Below are positions 28,551 through 36,928 of a DNA stretch of 37,059 nt, piece after piece; the stretch's first letter is position 1, and each line of letters begins with the position of its first letter. The stretch covers positions 1 through 37,059 of the forward strand of contig JAKLKB010000057.1 of NCBI GenBank assembly GCA_023150835.1. The letters run 5' to 3'. The notes beneath the pieces are model-generated. The model saw only the letters and a program-made list of their open reading frames with translations, ran no database searches and was not told the DNA's origin. A program made the position numbers and the translations under genes. The DNA is from Myxococcota bacterium (GTDB lineage Bacteria; Myxococcota_C; UBA6777).

Positions 28551-30125
28551 ATGCAAACCAAACAACCCCCTCTTCTACCCAAACTCCACGCGCTGTTTTA
28601 CCCGATCCGCTCGCTCTCTTCAACACCGTCTCACCCGATCCGCTCGCTCTCTTCAACGCCGTCTCACCCGATCCGCTCGCTCTCTTCAATACTGGCCTTT
28701 TCTGTCCTCTCTCTCTTTCCAGCGCTTTCTTTCGCTCAAAGCCCCACTCCAACCTCCATTCCATCGAAACCACCGCTCCTTTCACCGTCGGCCTCTCCCA
28801 TGTCACCCACTTCACGGCCCACTTCGGCCCTCCAAGGACAAGCCACCCCCTCTGCCAAAACTTCCGAAGAACGCATCGCACCGTTTTCCTCCATCGAAGC
28901 GCAAAAGCGTATGCTTCTCCAAGAAGACATCAAGCTCGATCCCACCACTCTCAAAGAACTTGAATTCGCGCTCCCGCCCAAAGACTGCTCCCGCCCATGC
29001 CAAGAAGCTCTCGCCTCGATCCTCTACCACACCGCTCTACGCTTTCGGCGGATCGGCTATACCCGCATGGCCCGCTCTTATCTCCAACACATCCTCTTGT
29101 ACTACACCAACACCCGCATCGCCCGTATCGCCAAGCTTCATCTTCTCCAATGGGACACGCAGAAAGAAAGTTACAGAAACATCCAACAAAACATCCCCTT
29201 GTCTCCCAACGGACTCGATCAGCGTGGGCGCGTCGAGTTCATTGTCATGACCAGCCTTTACGGTATCTATTTTGGCGCGATGATGCCGTTTGCGTTTATC
29301 TCCGCAAACAACCCGGGCAATGGATGGGTGGGCCTGTCTTTGCTTGGTTTTACGGCTGCTGCGGTCGTCTCCTCGATTCTAGGCACGATGAACAGCGAGA
29401 TGACACCCGGACAAGCCAGCAGCGCCAGCGTCGGGATGTTTTGGGGCTTGCTTACGGGTGGGATGCTGCTCGCGGGCTTTTCAGGAAGCAATATCCAAAA
29501 CGAGATGTTCAAGTTCTTTTTCCTTGGCCCGCTTCTCGGCTACGCGGCGGGCGTGATTATCCCGCGTTTTGCGCGACCGACCGCCGGCCAGATCGCGCTC
29601 GGCTCGTCGATGGGCGCTTGGCTGGCTGGCTATACGGGGCTGATCTGGGGTAGCTTCATCACAGGAGGCGCGAGAAACATCAGCCCTTGGTCCTTGGTTA
29701 TCCCTCTTTTGATCTCGGCCTATGGCGGGCTATTTGGTGGGATATTTCTGCAAAATAAGCTCGACTGGTCGCGCAGCCGAACCTTATTTGTCAATCTCGG
29801 TGGCATCTTGGGAATCGTCCTCGCTGGAGGCATCTTCACGCTTGCTTCTGTCGGTGGGACCTTCAATACGCCCGCGTTGTTGATCACCATCCTCCTCAGC
29901 AGCCTCGCAGGAAAAGTCCTCACCTTTTTCCTCACGGGCAGTATGCCCACCGAATCGAGCGAAGAAGGAACCCCCCGTAAAACCGCCTCCCTTGGCGCGC
30001 TCGCAAACTACAGCGACGGACAGTGGTCTCTTGGCGCTCCCATCCCCATCCTCACCAACGATCCCACCGCTCCCGGCACAAACCGCGTCGAGATCCACGT
30101 CCCCCTCCTTCGTGGGCAATGGTGA
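28551..30125 (+). CDS. Hypothetical envelope protein: signal peptide, TPR-like helix pair, Gly-rich multi-TM region
   Basis: ATG 28551 follows AAGGAG. TPR-like YHTALRFRRIGYTRMARSYLQHILLYYTNTRIARIAKLHL; many Gly-rich hydrophobic helices. Confidence 0.8.
   Translation: MQTKQPPLLPKLHALFYPIRSLSSTPSHPIRSLSSTPSHPIRSLSSILAFSVLSLFPALSFAQSPTPTSIPSKPPLLSPSASPMSPTSRPTSALQGQATPSAKTSEERIAPFSSIEAQKRMLLQEDIKLDPTTLKELEFALPPKDCSRPCQEALASILYHTALRFRRIGYTRMARSYLQHILLYYTNTRIARIAKLHLLQWDTQKESYRNIQQNIPLSPNGLDQRGRVEFIVMTSLYGIYFGAMMPFAFISANNPGNGWVGLSLLGFTAAAVVSSILGTMNSEMTPGQASSASVGMFWGLLTGGMLLAGFSGSNIQNEMFKFFFLGPLLGYAAGVIIPRFARPTAGQIALGSSMGAWLAGYTGLIWGSFITGGARNISPWSLVIPLLISAYGGLFGGIFLQNKLDWSRSRTLFVNLGGILGIVLAGGIFTLASVGGTFNTPALLITILLSSLAGKVLTFFLTGSMPTESSEEGTPRKTASLGALANYSDGQWSLGAPIPILTNDPTAPGTNRVEIHVPLLRGQW
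28600..28689 (+). repeat. In-frame 33-bp tandem repeat (~2.7 copies) in the N-terminal region
   Basis: ACCCGATCCGCTCGCTCTCTTCAA at 28600/28633/28666; encodes PIRSLSSTPSH. Confidence 0.9.
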
Positions 30126-30228
30126 GACTCCGACGCTGCGTTTTACAAAGGCCGCAGCACCCTCGCAGCAAAAGTCCGCCCCATCGAAAACCTCCCTCGG
30201 CACGAGGAGATGCGAAACACTCCATAAC

Positions 30229-30406
30229 ACGAGATCCGCCCGTTGCGTTATCGTAAAGGAGTAGGGGCAGCCCCCCGTGGCTGCCCGAAGTGTTGCGAAC
30301 ACGGCTTTTTTGGCGACTGCGTGAGTCCTATTTGGAAAAGGACTTACGCAGTTCGATACGAAAAAGGCCCATGTTCGGGCGTGGACGGTTCGCGAACCGC
30401 CCCTAC
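30229..30406. mobile_element. REPIN-like inverted REP doublet (family A)
   Basis: GTAGGGGCAGCC...GGCTGCCC (30261-30286) faces the inverted GTAGGGGCGGTTCGCGAACCGTCC (30383-30406). The spacer folds: ACTGCGTGAGTCC/GGACTTACGCAGT and GAACA/TGTTC. Confidence 0.8.
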
Positions 30407-30446
30407 AACGTTCTGACATCTCAGGGTTTCCCTTTTCAACTGCGTC

Positions 30447-30527
30447 ATACGATATCCGAGTGATGTGTGATCGTAAGATATCGCCCAGACGCCCGATTCT
30501 TGGGCAGCCACACCTGTCTGCCCCTAC
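30447..30527 (-). mobile_element. REP-containing dispersed element (family A), inverted copy
   Basis: Reverse complement reads GTAGGGGCAGACAGGTGTGGCTGCCCAAG...GATCACACATCACTCGGATATCGTAT. Confidence 0.8.
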
Positions 30528-30562
30528 ACCGTTACGGTGACACACCCTGCGGATTTCGTATA

Positions 30563-30833
30563 AGTCCTATTTGGAAAAGAAGGCGACGAATGCGGTACAC
30601 AACGGCTTTTTTTGGGAAAGAAGGCGATGATCAAAACGCACAACGGCTTTTTTTGGAAAAGAAGGCGATGATCAAAACGCACAACGGCTTTTTTTGGAAA
30701 AGAAGGCGATGATCAAAACGCACAACGGCTTTTTTTGGAAAAGAAGGTGATGATCAAAACGCACAACGGCTTTTTTTGGAAAAGAAGGCGATGATCAAAA
30801 CGCACAACGGCTTTTTTTGGAAAAGAAGGCGAT
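30563..30833. repeat. 41-bp tandem array (~6 copies)
   Basis: CAACGGCTTTTTTTGGAAAAGAAGGCGATGATCAAAACGCA at 30600/30641/30682/30723/30764/30805, with a degenerate first unit. Confidence 0.95.
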
Positions 30834-30877
30834 ACACACGGAAGGACGGGGGAGAGAGCAGGAGAAGAGAACGCGGC

Positions 30878-30913
30878 TCCCTTGAGGGGGGGTGGGGTTC
30901 CGATCCCACAAAA
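30878..30913 (+). repeat. Partial family-B element (3' hairpin)
   Basis: CCCTTG...GTGGGGTTCCGATCCCACAAA resembles the end of copy 1; it abuts the alr stop. Confidence 0.55.
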
Positions 30914-30917
30914 CCAT

Positions 30918-32066
30918 TCACGCGACCCAGCGTCGGCGGATATGATGCGGAAGGCGCGATACCGCTTCGTAATGGATCGTCCCGAACCACGAAGCAAAAG
31001 ACTCTGCCTTGATCTCTTCTTCTCCCTGCTTGCCGATCAAAACCACCTCATCTTCAAGATCCACCCCCCCGATATCCGTCACATCGACCATCGTCAAGTT
31101 CATACAGATCCGCCCACGCACAGGCGCACGTTGGCCTCGGATCAAAACATACCCAACGTTGGACAGCCCCCGATCATAACCGTCGTAGTAGCCGATCGGC
31201 AAGATCGCCAAGCGGATCCCCCGTGTTGTCCGATACGTGCAACCATACCCGATGTACTCGCCCGCAACGACTTCTTTGACTTGCGTGACAACCGTTTTCC
31301 ACGACAACACGGGCCTGAGCGGAAACGAGGAGCGCCCTTCTTGGAGCAGCGAGACATACGTTTCCCGCGACGGCCACAAGCCATATGCGCTAATCCCCGG
31401 GCGGATCATCTCAAAATGCGTTTCGCGAAACAACATCGACGCTGCCGAAGCCGCTGCATGGCGGATCTGTGGGCGGATCCCATGTTTTTCTAGCATCTCC
31501 AAACCCCGCTCAAAACGCTCCAACTGCATCTTCGCATACGAATGATCCGTCGTGTCTTCGATGTTCGCAAAGTGCGTATAACAGCCCTCCAACACCAGAT
31601 GCTTTGACGTATGGATCGACCGTGCCAAGATCAACAGATCCCGCCCTTGCAACCCCTGCCGGTTCGTCCCCGTCTCGATCTTCAGATGTACCGCCACTCG
31701 CTCATCCAACGCTTCTGCGATCCGCGCCAAGGCTTCGGCACTTTCCCAATTGGTCACCATCACCCGCAAACCGCGACGTACCACCTCTTCCATCCCCTCG
31801 AACGGTACGTAGCCCAACACCAAGATCGGACACGTCGCCCCCGCATCTTGCGCGATCATCGCTTCTTGAAGACTGTGTACTCCCAACCAATCCGCCCCGC
31901 ACGACGGCATCACCCGCGCCATCTCCGCAAGCCCATGACCATACGCATTCGCTTTGATCGGCACCAGCAGACGCACCCCCTCAGCCATACTCTCCCGAAA
32001 CAAGCCCAAGTTATGCTCCAAAGCGCCCTTGCTTAGCTCGATCCACGTCAGATCCATCCCTGCCAT
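30918..32066 (-). CDS. alr: Alanine racemase
   Basis: PLP lysine motif PIKANAYGHG, HLKIETGTNRQG, YTHFA, IRPGISAYG, IGYG, IGYYDG, GRICMN, TIHYE. Confidence 0.96.
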   Translation of the reverse strand: MAGMDLTWIELSKGALEHNLGLFRESMAEGVRLLVPIKANAYGHGLAEMARVMPSCGADWLGVHSLQEAMIAQDAGATCPILVLGYVPFEGMEEVVRRGLRVMVTNWESAEALARIAEALDERVAVHLKIETGTNRQGLQGRDLLILARSIHTSKHLVLEGCYTHFANIEDTTDHSYAKMQLERFERGLEMLEKHGIRPQIRHAAASAASMLFRETHFEMIRPGISAYGLWPSRETYVSLLQEGRSSFPLRPVLSWKTVVTQVKEVVAGEYIGYGCTYRTTRGIRLAILPIGYYDGYDRGLSNVGYVLIRGQRAPVRGRICMNLTMVDVTDIGGVDLEDEVVLIGKQGEEEIKAESFASWFGTIHYEAVSRLPHHIRRRWVA

Positions 32067-32193
32067 CGTCGCCTCCGTCTCTCGCCGCGCACCTCGGTAT
32101 CCTTTTCACCCAAACCCTCGAATCTTCGATGAAAGCCCCGTGAAAAAACCGCGTACCTTCCCACCCTACGACGCCCTCCACCCCAACGCAAAA

Positions 32194-32333
32194 TTTTATG
32201 CCTTGCCGTAGCGCATACAACCCGCTGCTTTTATGCCTTGCCGCAGCGCATACAACCCGCTGCTTTTATGCCTTGCCGCAGCGCATACAACCCGCTGCTT
32301 TTATGCCTTGCCGTAGCGCGTATAACCCGCTGC
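32194..32333 (-). repeat. 35-bp tandem repeat x4 copying the last 10 codons plus stop of the upstream gene
   Basis: TTTTATGCCTTGCCG(T/C)AGCGCATACAACCCGCTGC at 32194/32229/32264. The fourth copy (32299-32333) is the coding 3' end. Confidence 0.95.
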
Positions 32334-33191
32334 CGCGCAAGCCCCGTACAACTCGCATTGTTCGGTCGTGGATACATCCTTGTAGAAAAAGGAGCGCAGC
32401 GCCTTCTGCTTCCCTGCTTCAAACGCCTCGATATAACTCGCGATCGACTTGCGCGGCGTGCCGACACGCTGATGGATCGTCTCCAGATCCGCTCCCTGCA
32501 AGGCCAAAGAAAGACTCGTGAAATGCCGACCTTTCTTCACACGCCTTGCATCCGAGATATAGCGATATTCACGCATCACATAACGCGATGGCAAGCTCTC
32601 CGCAGGTGTATTCTTCCCATCACCACGCTTCAAAAACAGCCCAAAACGCGGCGTCTTCACCACTTCGCGCTTCGAGATGGACGGATCATGCTCCAACCAC
32701 AACAACCGCTCCGCATCCTCCCGCACCACCGAACGATCCCCCATCCGCTCCACCAACTCCACCACCGATCCTGCCCCACAACCCGCCAAGATGTGATCCA
32801 CCGACAGCGACGGACCCGAGATAAACACTTCTTCCTCTCCCTCTCCGACCAACCCCTCGATCGTGCGGATCAAGATCCCGCCATAGTACCCTTCGGGCGC
32901 AAACGTGATATCCAGCCCCTTAAAAGACCCACCCCGATACTCTTCTCCCGTTCGATGAAAGTACCAATGCGCCGTCCGCAACTGCATCTCGTCGCAGTGC
33001 GCAAATGGATCAGGATGCGTCGAACCGTTCGCGTAAAACTCGATCTCCACCAGCCGATACGGTCGCCCTCCCACCCGCAAGATCGTCTCATTCAACAGCG
33101 TCTCCGCGATCTCATCAAAGATCGACTCCGCCTCTTCTGCAACACCAATCCCCAACAGCCCCTTCGCTTGCAATACCGCATACAAAGACAT
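32301..33191 (-). CDS. Hypothetical protein resembling the methylpurine-DNA glycosylase (MPG/AAG) fold
   Basis: RLVEIEFY...DPFAH...GILIRTIE...GPSL...PRFGL...YRY echoes MPG motifs IVETEAY...DPAxH...VLIRAxE...GPG...RIG...RF. The function call is low confidence. Confidence 0.65.
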   Translation of the reverse strand: MSLYAVLQAKGLLGIGVAEEAESIFDEIAETLLNETILRVGGRPYRLVEIEFYANGSTHPDPFAHCDEMQLRTAHWYFHRTGEEYRGGSFKGLDITFAPEGYYGGILIRTIEGLVGEGEEEVFISGPSLSVDHILAGCGAGSVVELVERMGDRSVVREDAERLLWLEHDPSISKREVVKTPRFGLFLKRGDGKNTPAESLPSRYVMREYRYISDARRVKKGRHFTSLSLALQGADLETIHQRVGTPRKSIASYIEAFEAGKQKALRSFFYKDVSTTEQCELYGACAAAGYTRYGKA

Positions 33192-33389
33192 ACCTCACTC
33201 TCCTTGTTGGAAGTCTATTGCTCCTTGGCTTGGATAATCTGCCCTCCAACTTACCCCACACCCCCTCGCTCTCACAAGCCCCACCTTCACGCCCGACCCA
33301 CCTTCTGCACTCACCCCTTCCTCGCCCTATCCTGCGCACCCTGTCCCTTGCGCGCTCCACCTTTTGCACTCAGGGCCTTCGCCCGATCC

Positions 33390-33683
33390 TCAAGGAATAA
33401 AGGTGCTTTGGCCACCGCAACGACCGTCTGGATGCAGCCATTGGCGGCGAAAAGCCTGACCATCTGGACAACGCACCACTTGCACTTTCAAGTTCCCTTG
33501 CGCGTTGTAGCAAGGATACACCACACGCCGCACAAAACAGCCGTTCGGACGGTACCAGGTCCGAACGATCTTGCTTCCGGGTGCGTGCGCCGAACTCACA
33601 TGATGCGTATTGCACGCCGACATCGCACCCAACCCACCCAACAACACCAACATCGCTAACGTCTTCTTCACAAAGGATGTCAT
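33390..33683 (-). CDS. Small hypothetical lipoprotein
   Basis: 97 aa from ATG 33683; signal peptide with lipobox MSAC; four further Cys. Confidence 0.65.
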   Translation of the reverse strand: MTSFVKKTLAMLVLLGGLGAMSACNTHHVSSAHAPGSKIVRTWYRPNGCFVRRVVYPCYNAQGNLKVQVVRCPDGQAFRRQWLHPDGRCGGQSTFIP

Positions 33684-33884
33684 CGCTTGACCCTTTCTAT
33701 CTGTTCCGACCTTGCCCATTCGCAAAGCCCTTGCTTTTGTGCTCTCTCTCGTCTCGCACCCGACCCTCAAACGCCCTTCACGGCGGAGCGCTTTCGCGCC
33801 TCGTGCAAAATCAATACCCGCAACCGATGCACATACTAGCCCTCACCTCGACGATCGACAAGACTTTTTTTGCCCGCCCCTGCT

Positions 33885-33932
33885 CTCCATCTTCGTTGAC
33901 GCTTCCAACTCCATCTTCATTGACGCTTCAAA
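33885..33932. repeat. 24-bp tandem duplication in a divergent intergenic region
   Basis: CTCCATCTTCGTTGACGCTTCCAA / CTCCATCTTCATTGACGCTTCAAA. Confidence 0.85.
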
Positions 33933-34037
33933 GAGGATGTGCCATGATGCGCCCTTGTTTTGCGAAACCTTCCTTTCCCCCCATCTCCGAGGAGATCGGG
34001 TTCTTTTGAACGTCATGGAACAGGGGGACGCAGTGGA

Positions 34038-34161
34038 CAAAAACCCGCGTTCGCGGACACCCAAGCGGCACAGACGTTGGACTGAAAAACGTTTGCTCAC
34101 TCCGCCAACACGGGGTCAAGGGGCGACCGCCCCTTGCGGGGTCTGGGGCAGCGCCCCACAA
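34038..34161 (+). repeat. Dispersed ~125-nt structured element (family B), copy 3
   Basis: Hairpins CCGC-gttc-GCGG, CAGACGTT/AACGTTTG, CAAGGGGC-gacc-GCCCCTTG, TGGGGC-agc-GCCCCA. Confidence 0.85.
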
Positions 34162-34189
34162 CAACCAAAACCCACCGCGACACTCCTCA

Positions 34190-34879
34190 ATGGGAACAAC
34201 GATGCGACGATGGTTCGGTATCTTTTCGCTTTGTAGCCTGCTGCTGATCTCTTGCACCAAAACCCAACAAGTCAAAGAAGACAAGCCCGCCCCCACTCAA
34301 GAAACCAACCCAGACGATCTCAACAAAAAACTCGGCCTCCCCGATGGGCTCGAGACGATCGTCTTTCCCAAAAAAGGCTTCTTCCAAGCCTTCCTCCACC
34401 CCAACGGCCTGCTCAAAGCCGACGCCCCACAAAACAAAAAAGACGACTGGTCCAAAGATTATCTGCGCCCAAAACAAACCCTCACTTGGTTCGCCCGCCT
34501 GCGCCCCGAAGCAGGCGCAAAGATCGGCTCCTACATCAGCAACTTCGTTGTCATGGCCACTTACAATGATCCCGCTGGCTTCCAACAAAGCGCGATCGTC
34601 TTGCTCCAAGCTGGCATCCTCCGCGACGGCAAAGAACAACTCTTTTTCCAAAGTCTCCAAAAGCCTCGCGGCCAAAACTACGCCCGCTACGACCAACCCA
34701 ACCGCGAGATCAACGCCGATATCACCCTCCAAAAAGACGACCTGATCTTCTTTCGCACCATCCATCGCAAAGGCCCCGCAGGAGCCGTCGCTTACGGGGG
34801 CGGCCTCGGTTCCGCAAGCTCTCAATTCGTCATCTCTCACGAAGAACTCGGCTCCAAATATATCCAATACACCCCCTGA
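34190..34879 (+). CDS. Hypothetical lipoprotein
   Basis: Signal peptide with lipobox LISC; C-ending codon bias like neighbouring + strand genes. Start could be 34202. Confidence 0.8.
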   Translation: MGTTMRRWFGIFSLCSLLLISCTKTQQVKEDKPAPTQETNPDDLNKKLGLPDGLETIVFPKKGFFQAFLHPNGLLKADAPQNKKDDWSKDYLRPKQTLTWFARLRPEAGAKIGSYISNFVVMATYNDPAGFQQSAIVLLQAGILRDGKEQLFFQSLQKPRGQNYARYDQPNREINADITLQKDDLIFFRTIHRKGPAGAVAYGGGLGSASSQFVISHEELGSKYIQYTP

Positions 34880-34946
34880 CCTTCCTTCGCCTCAAAAAAC
34901 AGCGAAGCTCCACCGCGAACAAAGAAGATGTCGAGGCCATTTGACG

Positions 34947-36077
34947 ATGAGCATGGATCTCCACCGCCACGAGACCGACGAAGATATCACCGATATCGTC
35001 GAAGATATCCCACGCTTGACCCCACGCGAGATCTTTGATGAACTCGGACAACTCGGCTACGTCGGACAAGACAACGCCCGACGTACCATGTCCCTCATGG
35101 CTTATCGACACGTCCAACGTGTCCGCGCCATCCATCTTGACGCTGTCCCCGTCCAACAACTCCCCCCCAAGTCCAACCACCTCCTGATCGGACCCACCGG
35201 CTGCGGCAAAACACACCTGATCGAACTGCTTTTCCGCCACATCTTCAAACTCCCCACCGCTCTCGTCGACATCACCAACTACTCCGAAACGGGATACGTC
35301 GGCCAAGACGTCAACTCCATCCTTACCCGCCTAATCTACGCCGCCGAAAACTCCGTCGCTCTCGCTGAAATAGGCGTCATCTGCCTCGACGAATTCGACA
35401 AGATCGCCAGCGGACAAAATAACGCTGTCTTCTCGGGCGCCGGTACCACCAAAGATATCAGCGGCCTCGGCGTTCAACGCGAACTGCTCAAACTCCTCGA
35501 ATCCACACAAATCACCGTACCCACCGAGTTTTCACACAGCAGCTACCAACAATTCGTCATGATGTCCACCGCAAATATCCCCTTCATCGCCTGCGGTGCT
35601 TTTTCCGGCTTCAAGTTGATCACCCACCTGTTTTCTCGCACCCCTCGCCTCGGCTTTACCACCCACACACAAGGGCGCGAACCCCAAGAGATCGCCGTCT
35701 CTTACACCGAAGACGAAGTCGAACAAACCCGACACTTCCAACAATACGGCTTTCTCCCCGAACTGATCGCCCGCTTTGACCGCATCATCCCCTTTCGCGC
35801 CCTCGACCGCGACACCCTGCTCACCATCCTCCAAAACAACCTCATCTCCACCCTCCGCAAAGAATTTTCTCTCGCAGGCATCCACCTTGACATCGATCCT
35901 TCGCTCGATTCCTATATCGTCGATCAAGCCCTACGCCGCGAAACAGGCGCTCGTGGCCTTCGTTCCACGCTCTCACGTATGCTCGAAGATGTCGCCTTTG
36001 ACGTATACTCCGAACCTTCCATCCGCGAAGTTCGCGTCGCATGGAAGCAAGATGCTCTCTCTATCGACAAATCCTAA
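34947..36077 (+). CDS. clpX: ClpX-like AAA+ ATPase (atypical paralogue lacking the zinc-binding domain)
   Basis: TPREI...YVGQ, KSNHLLIGPTGCGKT, GYVG, LDEFDKI, DISGLGVQRELLKLLE, FIACGAF, LGF, YGFLPELIAR, TGARGLRS. Start is within 34941-34953. Confidence 0.85.
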   Translation: MSMDLHRHETDEDITDIVEDIPRLTPREIFDELGQLGYVGQDNARRTMSLMAYRHVQRVRAIHLDAVPVQQLPPKSNHLLIGPTGCGKTHLIELLFRHIFKLPTALVDITNYSETGYVGQDVNSILTRLIYAAENSVALAEIGVICLDEFDKIASGQNNAVFSGAGTTKDISGLGVQRELLKLLESTQITVPTEFSHSSYQQFVMMSTANIPFIACGAFSGFKLITHLFSRTPRLGFTTHTQGREPQEIAVSYTEDEVEQTRHFQQYGFLPELIARFDRIIPFRALDRDTLLTILQNNLISTLRKEFSLAGIHLDIDPSLDSYIVDQALRRETGARGLRSTLSRMLEDVAFDVYSEPSIREVRVAWKQDALSIDKS

Positions 36078-36148
36078 ACCCGACCATCCGCGAAGTCCGC
36101 GTCGCATGGAAACAAGATGCCCTCTATACCGACAGTTCCTCAACCCGA
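36019..36148 (+). repeat. 65-bp tandem duplication of the clpX-like 3' end
   Basis: 36019-36083 vs 36084-36148, 57/65 identical by hand. Confidence 0.92.
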
Positions 36149-36199
36149 CTTTGACGCCCCTCTCTCGCGGGCCGTCCCTCGCAAACGGAGGCTTACCCG

Positions 36200-36928
36200 A
36201 TGGATTCTGTGGCCGCTTATCTCATCCTTTCCCAAAAAAGCGATACCGCCGCGATCATGGAACTTCTTACACAATCGCGTGGCGTCGTCCTTTTTGTTCT
36301 TATCCTTCTCATCGGCTTCTCGGTGATGTGTTGGGGCATCATCGTCTACAAGTGGTTCGTCCTCTACCAAGCCCAAAATCAATCCCTCGACTTCCTCGAT
36401 CTCTTCTGGGGTAGCAAGCGCCTCGACAACATCTTCAAAGAGTCCGAAGAACTCAGCCGCAGCCCCATCGCACAAGTCTTTCGCGCCGGATACATCGAAC
36501 TCAACAAGATCCAAAAACAAGCCGCCGCCACCACCGACAATAGCTCCATGAGCCAAGCCCTCGGTGGACTCGAAAATATCCAGCGCGCCATGCGACGCGC
36601 CACAAATACCGAGATGTCCTACATGGAACGCTATATGCCCTTCCTCGCTACCACCGCCTCCGCCGCTCCCTTCGTCGGCCTCTTCGGTACCGTCTGGGGC
36701 ATTATGAAATCCTTTATCGGTATCAAAGAAGCCGGAACTGCCGGCCTAAACGTCGTCGCCCCCGGGATCGCCGAAGCCCTGATCGCCACCGCCGTTGGAC
36801 TCGCTGCCGCTATCCCCGCCGTCATCGCCTACAACTTCTTTCTCAGCAAAATCCGCGGCATCGACGGCGAGATCGACAACTTCTCCAACGACTTCCTCAA
36901 CATCGTCAAACGGCACTTCCTCAAATAA
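36200..36928 (+). CDS. tolQ: TolQ (MotA/TolQ/ExbB proton channel family)
   Basis: FLDLFW, FLATTASAAPFVGLFGTVWGIM, VAPGIAEALIATAVGLAAAIPAVIAYN. Confidence 0.92.
   Translation: MDSVAAYLILSQKSDTAAIMELLTQSRGVVLFVLILLIGFSVMCWGIIVYKWFVLYQAQNQSLDFLDLFWGSKRLDNIFKESEELSRSPIAQVFRAGYIELNKIQKQAAATTDNSSMSQALGGLENIQRAMRRATNTEMSYMERYMPFLATTASAAPFVGLFGTVWGIMKSFIGIKEAGTAGLNVVAPGIAEALIATAVGLAAAIPAVIAYNFFLSKIRGIDGEIDNFSNDFLNIVKRHFLK

Noticed and set aside
30563-30833. CRISPR array (also considered for 26234-26340, 32194-32333, 36925-37059)
   Set aside because: Units are head-to-tail with no unique spacers, and there are no cas genes in the window.
32238-33659. 473-aa + strand ORF
   Set aside because: Overlaps two better-supported - strand genes, starts inside a tandem repeat, and has shadow-like Arg/His/Pro composition.
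1-36077. Single proteolysis locus joining the ClpA/C-like and ClpX-like genes
   Set aside because: They are 33 kb apart, separated by unrelated genes, with no clpP or clpS; co-occurrence is probably incidental.
36019-36148. attL/attR of an integrated element
   Set aside because: The copies are directly adjacent with no cargo, and there is no integrase in the window.
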